Positions 56,740-64,000 of a stretch of 64,000 nucleotides of DNA are shown here, piece by piece. The DNA comes from an uncultured virus (IMG/VR IMGVR_UViG_3300037245_003898). Lineage: Duplodnaviria; Heunggongvirae; Uroviricota; Caudoviricetes. The DNA lies in the IMG/VR virus record IMGVR_UViG_3300037245_003898; one strand, given 5' to 3'. Below the pieces are notes generated by a model. The model was not told the DNA's origin, did not search any database, and worked only from the letters and a program-made list of their open reading frames with translations. Both the position numbers and the translations under genes were made by a program. Each line of letters begins with the position of its first letter. Position 1 is the stretch's first letter.

Positions 56740-57140
56740 CTTGTCATGATGCGGATTTTCATGCGGCCTTCGTTATCTACCGATTGTGACCGCACCGTAT
56801 ATCCCATCTGAGCTGCTTGTTTCAGTGTCTTATGTTTGCCATAAAGCTGTAGAAGCTCTTGAGTGAACTTCTTGCCATGGCTGGCATGCTTATCGAAGCT
56901 AGAGATAATCATTTCAAAAGTACCATCCGCCTTCCGTAGAAAACCCACGTCATTTGCAGCAGAGTTAATGTTCTGACGTTTGACAATGATGTTTGCCTTT
57001 TGCTTCCTTTGGTCGCCATGCCAACCTTCAAGGTTTTTGGCTTTATCGTGGACTTCAGCCGTGTAGCCCAATTCCTGTAGTGCTTTGACAATGCAATCAG
57101 CATCGTTCATAGCGAGTTGTACAACGCAATATTCGGACAA
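56736..57140 (-). CDS. DUF1257 (Ycf35-like) protein
   Basis: S.Y..V...D...I.KAL..LG; GW.G...A.I; DVGF....G.F..I..FD; TTG start after GGAGG. Confidence 0.75.
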   Translation of the reverse strand: MSEYCVVQLAMNDADCIVKALQELGYTAEVHDKAKNLEGWHGDQRKQKANIIVKRQNINSAANDVGFLRKADGTFEMIISSFDKHASHGKKFTQELLQLYGKHKTLKQAAQMGYTVRSQSVDNEGRMKIRIMTR

Positions 57141-57150
57141 CTTGAGCCTC

Positions 57151-57693
57151 CTACGCAAACGTGATCAGACATCCATCACAGTATGCTCGAACTTGATCAA
57201 TCATCTCTGTTACAGCCAGGGGCGCCCCTACAAAAAATACCACGTCAGCTTTGGTTAGACGATTTCGGATCTCCTGGAGTAACCGGGCGTCATTGTTCAC
57301 CAGCATCATAGCGCTATGAATTTCTTGCCACGACATATAGAATAAATGCTTCGCTCGGTCTTCGTTTTTCCCGAGGTTCTTGGAGATACTATCGTACTGT
57401 GGAGTGGAGCCATAGATAACGACAACGCTCGTTGCTCCTGAGCCAACAGCCTCATCGCAGACTGCCCGTACAGCCTCTAAATAAGGCCAGCGAGCCGGCC
57501 CTTGAATCAAAACTCCATACTCTCTGTTGAAAGCAGCGGGAGAGAGATCTCCACGAGATTCCTTCCATTTGACAAAATCCCGATAGTGTGCCACAAGAAG
57601 CTCGACGAGTGGATGTTCGTCCATTGGTAACGCATCCTCTTCTGTGGCGTACATCGATTCAAAATCAGCGACACCCATTTCAAGTCTACCCAT
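57151..57693 (-). CDS. hypothetical protein
   Basis: ORF with GAGGTG SD and an upstream GTATAAT. Confidence 0.55.
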   Translation of the reverse strand: MGRLEMGVADFESMYATEEDALPMDEHPLVELLVAHYRDFVKWKESRGDLSPAAFNREYGVLIQGPARWPYLEAVRAVCDEAVGSGATSVVVIYGSTPQYDSISKNLGKNEDRAKHLFYMSWQEIHSAMMLVNNDARLLQEIRNRLTKADVVFFVGAPLAVTEMIDQVRAYCDGCLITFA

Positions 57694-57696
57694 TTT

Positions 57697-58200
57697 TCAC
57701 ACCTCACCGCCATTATACCAAGTGAGCCGAATCAAATCCGTAAACTCCCTCACGCATCCTTCTCCTCCTTTGCGATTCAGAATCAAACCATCGGGGAAAC
57801 GAGCGATGGTTTCTCTCACTTCTTCCACGGCGTCCAACGGACAAGCCGGATAGCCCACGGCCTGAAGAAGTTTGAGGTCATTCTTATCATCGCCGATAAA
57901 AGCAATATCATCCCATTCAAAATCACCATGAGGCTTCAAATAAGCCTGAGCAACGAACTTGCGTTTATCATCTATTCCTTGAAAAAGAGCTGTCCGTTCA
58001 GCTACTCGTCGGACTTGATGCTCTATCGCTGTACTGGCATCACCACTGATGATCCCAGTATGGCACCCCGCTCTACGTAGTTCTTCCATACCACACCAGT
58101 CTCTCGTATTGAAAGACTTAGCTCTCTCGCCTGTAGGCAAGACTAGGTAGGTTGAATCTGTCAAAACTCCGTCCACGTCTGTAAGAAAAAGCCTGATCAT
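57697..58200 (-). CDS. kdsC: KdsC-family HAD phosphatase (KDO-8-P/KDN-9-P phosphatase)
   Basis: DVDGVLTD, FNTRD, IGDDKND, GGEGCVRE. Confidence 0.9.
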   Translation of the reverse strand: MIRLFLTDVDGVLTDSTYLVLPTGERAKSFNTRDWCGMEELRRAGCHTGIISGDASTAIEHQVRRVAERTALFQGIDDKRKFVAQAYLKPHGDFEWDDIAFIGDDKNDLKLLQAVGYPACPLDAVEEVRETIARFPDGLILNRKGGEGCVREFTDLIRLTWYNGGEV

Positions 58201-59054
58201 GTGCTTCCTAATTTACTTCGCTGTTTCCATTCTTCGTCAGTCATCTCTTCTTTATACTGCATGGCTCTGTGGACATGATCCAGGTCTCTACAAACCCTTC
58301 TCAACCCTTCGGGCTCCAAGCTTGCCGCAGCGTCAGTGTGTTTCAAAGTTCTGTCATCCACAAAATGACGCTCTATCCACTTCGCTCCAAGCACCCAAGC
58401 AGCTATATCGGAAGCGATTCCGTAACCATGGTTCGAAAATCCTACCACAAAACCATACTCCTTTATTAAGTATTGAATATCGAGCAGATAAAGTCTATCA
58501 AATGGACAAGGATATTCGCTCGTACAGTGATATAGGACCGTCCGCTCAGGAGCATCTGGAGGCAAACTTTCTACCAACGCCGCGATTTCTTTCTTTGTCG
58601 CCATCCCCAAAGAGATATGAACGTACCCGTCATATTCGTCATACAACAGAGAAATCAGCTCGTTATTGCGATTGCTCGGGCTCCCGATTTTGATGAAATC
58701 GGGCTTCAAAGAGATTATTTCATGGGCTGAGGTTATATCCCAGACCGACGAGGAATAGCCTATTCCAATTGATTCCGCATACTCTTTCAGTTCTCTGTGC
58801 TGATCAACAGACAGCTCAAGATTGTGACGGTGTTCCAAGTATGTGGCGCCGTGAGCAAAAGTCTGATTAGGGTGAGGTTTGTGCTTAAGAGACTCAGGAA
58901 TGCATTCGTCTGGATTGCGTTTCTGAAATTTGGCATAATTAGCCCCACAAAGTCTTGCAAGCTGGATAAGTTCTTTGGCTCTTGAAAACTGTCCAAGGTG
59001 TACGCATCCAATTTCGGCTACAACTTTACACTTACTAAATTGTTCCTTTTCCAT
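58197..59054 (-). CDS. neuB: N-acetylneuraminate synthase-family enzyme (no SAF domain)
   Basis: AEIGCVH.G, AKFQKR, KIGS, YHCTSEYP, GFSNH, IERHF. Confidence 0.92.
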   Translation of the reverse strand: MEKEQFSKCKVVAEIGCVHLGQFSRAKELIQLARLCGANYAKFQKRNPDECIPESLKHKPHPNQTFAHGATYLEHRHNLELSVDQHRELKEYAESIGIGYSSSVWDITSAHEIISLKPDFIKIGSPSNRNNELISLLYDEYDGYVHISLGMATKKEIAALVESLPPDAPERTVLYHCTSEYPCPFDRLYLLDIQYLIKEYGFVVGFSNHGYGIASDIAAWVLGAKWIERHFVDDRTLKHTDAAASLEPEGLRRVCRDLDHVHRAMQYKEEMTDEEWKQRSKLGST

Positions 59055-59793
59055 GGATCAAATCCTCTTCGGTTTGACGCAAGAAGCCCCCATCGGAACC
59101 ATTCATAATGCCATCCATTACAGCCAGCTCTAGGGGAGTGTCCACTTGCAACCCTTCCACTTGAGAAATAGGGAAAACACATGTTTTATCGCCTATTCTG
59201 CATTTCCGTTCACGGAGCACTTCAACCTGCGTGATATATATGTTGCCGTTGTCAAAATACAGGAAATCGTCTTCCTTTAAATCCTGTTTACGAGGGCGGT
59301 TAACTGGGTTGTAAGTAGAAACCCAGGCTAGTTCCTCACTTTCGAACTTTTGGACTTTTTTCCAAAACAAATTGGGGAATTTGGTTACTGTTAATAAACT
59401 GTCATAATCCCCTGTTAGATATTCCAACAAACACTGTTTGATTCTGTTTTTGAAACGTATTGGGCTCGTGGGTTGCAAAAGCAAAACATGTTTAATGAAG
59501 AACTTGTCAGTGTGAGTATCTAAAGCATCCAGCAGAGCGCTTTCGGTAGAAGCAGTATCACTACACAATTCCTCTGGTCGATTGCGAACGTGAACTCCCC
59601 AAGCTCTTGCATAATTAGCAACTTCCTCGTCGTTGGTTGAAACAACAATGTGGTCATGCGCTATACCCGCCTCAACCGCGGCCCGGATAGAATAGATCGT
59701 AAGAGGGACTCCTGAAAGAGGCTGTTTGTTCTTGTCAGGAACGCCCTTTGACCCCGCTCGCGCCGGTATTACACAAATCACATCTTCAAACAT
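59035..59793 (-). CDS. neuA: acylneuraminate cytidylyltransferase
   Basis: IPARAGSKGVPDKN, LLQPTSPIR, NGNIY, VDTPLE. Confidence 0.92.
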   Translation of the reverse strand: MFEDVICVIPARAGSKGVPDKNKQPLSGVPLTIYSIRAAVEAGIAHDHIVVSTNDEEVANYARAWGVHVRNRPEELCSDTASTESALLDALDTHTDKFFIKHVLLLQPTSPIRFKNRIKQCLLEYLTGDYDSLLTVTKFPNLFWKKVQKFESEELAWVSTYNPVNRPRKQDLKEDDFLYFDNGNIYITQVEVLRERKCRIGDKTCVFPISQVEGLQVDTPLELAVMDGIMNGSDGGFLRQTEEDLIHGKGTI

Positions 59794-60532
59794 TTTTCTT
59801 TCCCTGTTCATTATTTATCAAAAATTCTTGTAGATTCACTGTCGGAAACTCAGTCAGGATACTGATTGGTGATGCATTGAATATCTGGCATTTCTCGTTG
59901 AAATAAGAGGCTTTGCTTCGCCAATAGTGTGTGATATCCACCAAATCAGTATCGGTTTGTTTGTTTTCAAATAAAGTTCTTCGGTAATGGTCCTCAGGAA
60001 TGGAATCATTACGGTATGGGCGCTTTGTCACACTGCCCTGCTTCCCCCAAAAGTACCGCAGTGTATCCATTCTGCAACAATCAATCCCGATAAGGACAAT
60101 CTTAGAACACCCCATTATATGCGCTACATGGATAGCCGATCCCGCGCTTGTGCGAGCCTGGCAGATAAAATTGTCAGGATTTTCATGCTCGTACTTATCC
60201 GTTATGCGATAGCCTTTGCGATGTCTGAACATAACGGCTCTATTTCCGAACTGCCAAGCGTCATTCTTTAGCATGTCTTCATACAATAAAGCTGTAGTAA
60301 CTTTGGAGATCCGCAAGTCATTGAAAAAATATGACCAACGTGCTACTGACCAATCATCTGAAATAAAGTAGTCCGCTTCTGGCATACCCACGTAAGCTGA
60401 GTTGACAGCGATAGTTACGAAATCTTTCAAAGGAGAGATATCGAGCATATTAACAGAAGGACCGGAGCCTAATACAAAAGCTACTTTCCCTGCGTGTTTC
60501 TGATTTAATTCCTCAAGGTTCCTCATCATCAT
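59786..60532 (-). CDS. Maf/DUF115-like putative nonulosonate transferase
   Basis: FVLGSGPS, IAVN, AHIMGCSKIVLIGID, IFNAS. Confidence 0.65.
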   Translation of the reverse strand: MMMRNLEELNQKHAGKVAFVLGSGPSVNMLDISPLKDFVTIAVNSAYVGMPEADYFISDDWSVARWSYFFNDLRISKVTTALLYEDMLKNDAWQFGNRAVMFRHRKGYRITDKYEHENPDNFICQARTSAGSAIHVAHIMGCSKIVLIGIDCCRMDTLRYFWGKQGSVTKRPYRNDSIPEDHYRRTLFENKQTDTDLVDITHYWRSKASYFNEKCQIFNASPISILTEFPTVNLQEFLINNEQGKKNV

Positions 60533-60746
60533 CCTTTAGGTTATCCATAAAGCCTGTGAAACGAGTTACATCTCTGACCGATGGTTTGAGGCTATCCTCG
60601 AATTCTTCCTGCGAGATACCTATTTCCTCGAAATCAACAATATGTTCCCAATGACTCTCTCTTACTATCTTCCAAAATCGACGGAGAACCTCGTTCTCAA
60701 TATCATTAAGTTCCGTTGGGTACAAATATGGATCTTCGGGGTTCAT
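60513..60746 (-). CDS. small acidic hypothetical protein
   Basis: ORF overlapping both neighbours. Confidence 0.55.
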   Translation of the reverse strand: MNPEDPYLYPTELNDIENEVLRRFWKIVRESHWEHIVDFEEIGISQEEFEDSLKPSVRDVTRFTGFMDNLKDDDEEP

Positions 60747-61483
60747 TTCAAAGCCTCGTCTAACGATGTCGGCGGAAATTCTTTCAACCGCGAAATGTTG
60801 CTACAATTGTAGATCTCAGCTTCCTTTTTCTCGGCCAACTTATGAAGAGCCATAAAAACAGGCTCGTTACATTCGAAACACTTAATCTGGTGTTTCTGTT
60901 CTGGACGGAAATGCTTCTTTTTATCTGAACGGCGAGGCCAGCTTTCTTTAGGCCACCGCTGCCAAAAATGTGAATTACCATGCACCATAGTCTGATCTAC
61001 GCCAAGCAAATATATCTGCTTGCATCCCAATTTCAATGCAAAGTCGATACCTGTTGGGACAGAACTATTGAAACAGAGACCAGGATCATCGGGCAACAGA
61101 GGGTGCTTCTCTGTTTTGCGGATTGCGAAGTATCGAAAGTTGTATCCTGTGAGCTTATCCTCGTATTTCTTCCAACTGGTTCTTACGATTTTGACACTCT
61201 GGGTTTTGGCCACATGGGTCCAAAAGTAACTCCACCGCAAACATAGCACATCGTTCGAAATCCAAAAACGCTTATCTGCATCTCCATCTTTCCATGGCAT
61301 TACCAGAGCAGAACTGTTGATAGAAATTACTACATGCTTGTGAATGCCAGATAAATCCAGTAAAGCGAGACTCGGGCCGGCACCGACTATAAAGCATTTC
61401 GAGCCTGGGTATAGTCCGTGGAAATCAGACAGGTCCGTAAACGATCGCAACTTCCTTCCTTTTCGTGTGCGTTTGGGGTTCAT
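60743..61483 (-). CDS. Maf/DUF115-like putative nonulosonate transferase
   Basis: CFIVGAGPSL, ALKLGCKQIYLLGVD, HFW, IYNCS. Confidence 0.65.
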   Translation of the reverse strand: MNPKRTRKGRKLRSFTDLSDFHGLYPGSKCFIVGAGPSLALLDLSGIHKHVVISINSSALVMPWKDGDADKRFWISNDVLCLRWSYFWTHVAKTQSVKIVRTSWKKYEDKLTGYNFRYFAIRKTEKHPLLPDDPGLCFNSSVPTGIDFALKLGCKQIYLLGVDQTMVHGNSHFWQRWPKESWPRRSDKKKHFRPEQKHQIKCFECNEPVFMALHKLAEKKEAEIYNCSNISRLKEFPPTSLDEALK

Positions 61484-61495
61484 CACCCTATTATA

Positions 61496-61732
61496 CTATG
61501 AGAACTCTGGCCTGGAGCGGGGTTCAGACTTCCGATAGACAGGGCTAGCCTGCTCCTTAACAAAAGCGTCCACGATGCTCCGGGTCAGAATATCATTCCA
61601 AGTGCTCTCAAACTCCACATCCGCTGGGATAAAATGCTTCGGCCACTGTCTTGCCTGTAAGTAATGGGCATATGCCTTCATGTGTTCTTTGTTGCGGATT
61701 TCAAACCATTGAGTAAAAAGCGTCTTTTCCAT
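61496..61732 (-). CDS. hypothetical protein
   Basis: F...NKEHMKAY..Y.....WP..F. Confidence 0.55.
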   Translation of the reverse strand: MEKTLFTQWFEIRNKEHMKAYAHYLQARQWPKHFIPADVEFESTWNDILTRSIVDAFVKEQASPVYRKSEPRSRPEFS

Positions 61733-61767
61733 ATCAACAATCCATAGTAATAGTCAAATGAAACAGG

Positions 61768-63663
61768 TTACACTGGTTCATACTCCGGATTCATTTCATA
61801 CAGAAATGGGCTCGGAGCGCTTGGATGTATGCTTTCTTTCCATTTCCGCCGAAATTGACAATGTGTCAAAAACAACAACTGTTTAGCTCTCGTTGCTGCT
61901 ACGTACAGCAACCGACGTTCCTCATCCTCACCCCTCTCATTCACAGCCATTCTGTGAGGCATCAAATCTTTCTCGACTCCAATGACGAAAACAACCGGGA
62001 ACTCAAGACCCTTCGCAGAATGCATGGTCAGCAATGTAACCGCATCTTCAGTCTTATCTAACTCATCTGAAGTAATCAGTTCCATACTTTGTAAGTAATC
62101 GGCAATACGAGCATTCGGATGAGAATCCCCGTAAACTGTTACGTCCACCAGAAGCTCGTTGACGTTATCCACTCGACGCTGCCAGTCATCGTCATGCTTG
62201 CTCTGCTCTTTTATGTAGCCGTAGAAACCAGTATCATTCAGTAGCCCCTCCGCAATCGTATTCAAAGGTTCTCCCTGTTCATCCGCTGATTTGTGTTTCT
62301 CAATGGCCTTAACAAAAGCAGCAAGACTTTCGCGGGCTTTGCTGGTCATTTTGATACCCGAGGCATTTTTACATGCCTCCAGCATATCAACGCCTTCTTT
62401 TTGACAGTATCTCTCCAGATTGCCGATTGCTACATCCCCCACTCCCCGGGCAGGAAGGCGAATAGCTTTATTGAATGCCTGAGTATCCCGAGTATTGGCG
62501 AGAAACTTGAGATATGCCATCGTGGTTTTGACTTCTTTGCGGTCGAAGAAACTGAAGCCGCCATAAATGCGATAAGGGATATCTTGCTTACGGAGTTCTA
62601 TCTCGGGAAGTTTGCTCTGACTGTTAGTGCGATAAAGAATAGCGCAATCATTCCAATTAAAATCATACTTATGGCTAAGCTGCTGAATGGTTTGGGCTAT
62701 TTGAGCAGACTCATCCTCTGGCGTAGCAAACTGCCAGAAACGAACTGGCTCGCCGTCCCCTTGCTCCGACAGAAGTTTAACATCCTTAGCATCTGCATTG
62801 TGACGAATTAACCTTTGAGCGTGATCGAGAATCTGGGCTGTAGATCGGTAGTTACGAGGAAGAGTAATCTCTTGCACCCCTTCGAAGTCACGACGAACAT
62901 GCCCAATATTTTCTGGCTTGGCCCCGCGCCAAGCAAAGATAGACTGTTGGGGGTCTCCGACTACAAAGAGGTTCTTATGGTTATCCGCAAGCAACTTGAT
63001 GGTTTCATACTGAATCGTATTGGTATCCTGCCATTCATCTACCAGGATATACTTAAAACGACTGGAAAGGACTTCAGCGGCTTTGGGTTTAGCCTTCAGC
63101 AGACGATAGGTCTGCCAAAGTATCCCTGAGAAATCCACAGCATTGAAGTTCTTGAGGGTTTCCAGATATTCCTTTACAATATCAGCCTCAATTGGCTTCA
63201 ATTCCGCTACAATCGTTTCAAACTCGATAATATCTTCACGAAAGTCATTCGCCGCTTTCATGATGCAGGTTATGCCCCAACGATTAGTTTCGTGACCCTG
63301 CATCCGAGCGATCTTCTCAATCAGTTCTCTCTGATCCCTATCGCCATAAACCGAGAACCCCGAAGATAAGCCGACTTCTTTACAGTAACGCCGAAGTATT
63401 GCAAGAAAGAAACTATGGAACGTGCTAATCCAAACTGAAGAAGCTAAATCACCAATCTCTGTGGCAACTCGCTCTCGCATCTCATTCGCAGCTTTATTAG
63501 TGAAAGTAAGACAAAGAATGTTGCTTGGGCCAACGCCTTTCTTGATAAGGTTAACGACCCGAGAGGTAAGGGTTCGAGTTTTCCCTGACCCAGGAACTGC
63601 GGTCACAATGCACGGACCACCGAAATGGTCTACAGCCTGTTGCTGCTCAGGATTCAAATTCAT
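61768..63663 (-). CDS. uvrD: UvrD/PcrA/Rep superfamily 1 DNA helicase
   Basis: LNPEQQQAV, PGSGKT, TFTNKAA, VDEWQDTN, NYRST, TMHSAKGLEF, EERRLLYVAATRA. Confidence 0.95.
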   Translation of the reverse strand: MNLNPEQQQAVDHFGGPCIVTAVPGSGKTRTLTSRVVNLIKKGVGPSNILCLTFTNKAANEMRERVATEIGDLASSVWISTFHSFFLAILRRYCKEVGLSSGFSVYGDRDQRELIEKIARMQGHETNRWGITCIMKAANDFREDIIEFETIVAELKPIEADIVKEYLETLKNFNAVDFSGILWQTYRLLKAKPKAAEVLSSRFKYILVDEWQDTNTIQYETIKLLADNHKNLFVVGDPQQSIFAWRGAKPENIGHVRRDFEGVQEITLPRNYRSTAQILDHAQRLIRHNADAKDVKLLSEQGDGEPVRFWQFATPEDESAQIAQTIQQLSHKYDFNWNDCAILYRTNSQSKLPEIELRKQDIPYRIYGGFSFFDRKEVKTTMAYLKFLANTRDTQAFNKAIRLPARGVGDVAIGNLERYCQKEGVDMLEACKNASGIKMTSKARESLAAFVKAIEKHKSADEQGEPLNTIAEGLLNDTGFYGYIKEQSKHDDDWQRRVDNVNELLVDVTVYGDSHPNARIADYLQSMELITSDELDKTEDAVTLLTMHSAKGLEFPVVFVIGVEKDLMPHRMAVNERGEDEERRLLYVAATRAKQLLFLTHCQFRRKWKESIHPSAPSPFLYEMNPEYEPV

Positions 63664-63872
63664 GTAAAACACCAATAGGTAGTACAATTATCCGAGACTG
63701 TCGTTGTCGTCCAATATCCTTGTGCGACCAACTCATCGACAATGGGTTGAGCATCTAAAAACGTCTCATAAAAACCTTTAGCGAATTCAAACTCATTGAA
63801 ATCGCTAATTTTGAAAGTCAGTTGGGGTGATTCCTCTCTTGTAAACTTCGCTTCAGTTAGATCGATTATCAC
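63660..63872 (-). CDS. hypothetical protein
   Basis: GTGA/ATGA overlaps with both neighbours. Confidence 0.5.
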   Translation of the reverse strand: MIIDLTEAKFTREESPQLTFKISDFNEFEFAKGFYETFLDAQPIVDELVAQGYWTTTTVSDNCTTYWCFT

Positions 63873-64000
63873 TCTAAGTCCCTCATTTTATGACGAATGG
63901 CCCTGGGAGAGAATGTTCCCACAGGGAATTGGTGCAAGACCTTCCCATCGTCACTAACGATTTGGACAACGGGATATGCCCGCACTCCATCTACCATTCC
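63869..64000 (-). CDS. C-terminal part of a probable thioredoxin-fold protein (runs off window)
   Basis: Frame reads GMVDGVRAYPVVQIVSDDGKVLHQF...LE*, resembling the cis-Pro region of thioredoxins. Confidence 0.45.
   Translation of the reverse strand, partial: GMVDGVRAYPVVQIVSDDGKVLHQFPVGTFSPRAIRHKMRDLE

Noticed and set aside
1..64000. CRISPR array, tRNA or rRNA genes
   Set aside because: No regularly spaced repeats were seen, and the only tRNA-like T-arm (51081..51105) belongs to the tmRNA. A short tRNA could have been missed by eye.
1..64000. Stop-codon reassignment as seen in some large phages
   Set aside because: Known proteins are full length under the standard code, and TAA, TAG and TGA all end genes.

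Overview
A gene-dense, almost entirely minus-strand window using the standard genetic code. It most likely comes from a very large (jumbo/huge) bacteriophage. That is inference: it has a T4-type ATP-dependent ligase, a zinc-ribbon nuclease, a tmRNA without smpB and many small orphans, but no housekeeping operons and no virion genes. About 2.2-39.9 kb is one ~38-kb glycosylation super-cluster. It holds ~23 glycosyltransferases, GDP-sugar enzymes (Gmd x2, Fcl, Gmm, two ColD-type His-PLP dehydratases, SDRs), a split TPP branching enzyme, a heptose kinase, an SGNH-FAAL fusion with an ACP, a B12 radical SAM, methyltransferases and a sulfotransferase. No flippase, polymerase, ABC exporter or priming transferase is recognisable. 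Nine GTs form a paralogous family with mosaic identical DNA tracts. Two unrelated cluster enzymes share an exact 13-aa peptide (YPPGTKVGPGYTE) with 9 of 13 codons synonymously diverged. The right half carries an AmmeMemoRadiSam radical SAM, ATP- and NAD-dependent ligases, Ogg, and a secreted Cys-ladder/Gly-zipper protein with a small membrane partner. It also has a complete tmRNA (tag ANNSAPVRLAA) with a structured boxA-containing leader, an HD alarmone-hydrolase-like gene, a nonulosonate (NeuB/NeuA/KdsC/Maf-like) module and UvrD. Many start coordinates were refined by hand using SD motifs and ATGA/GTGA overlaps. Product calls come from motif recognition only, with no database search.
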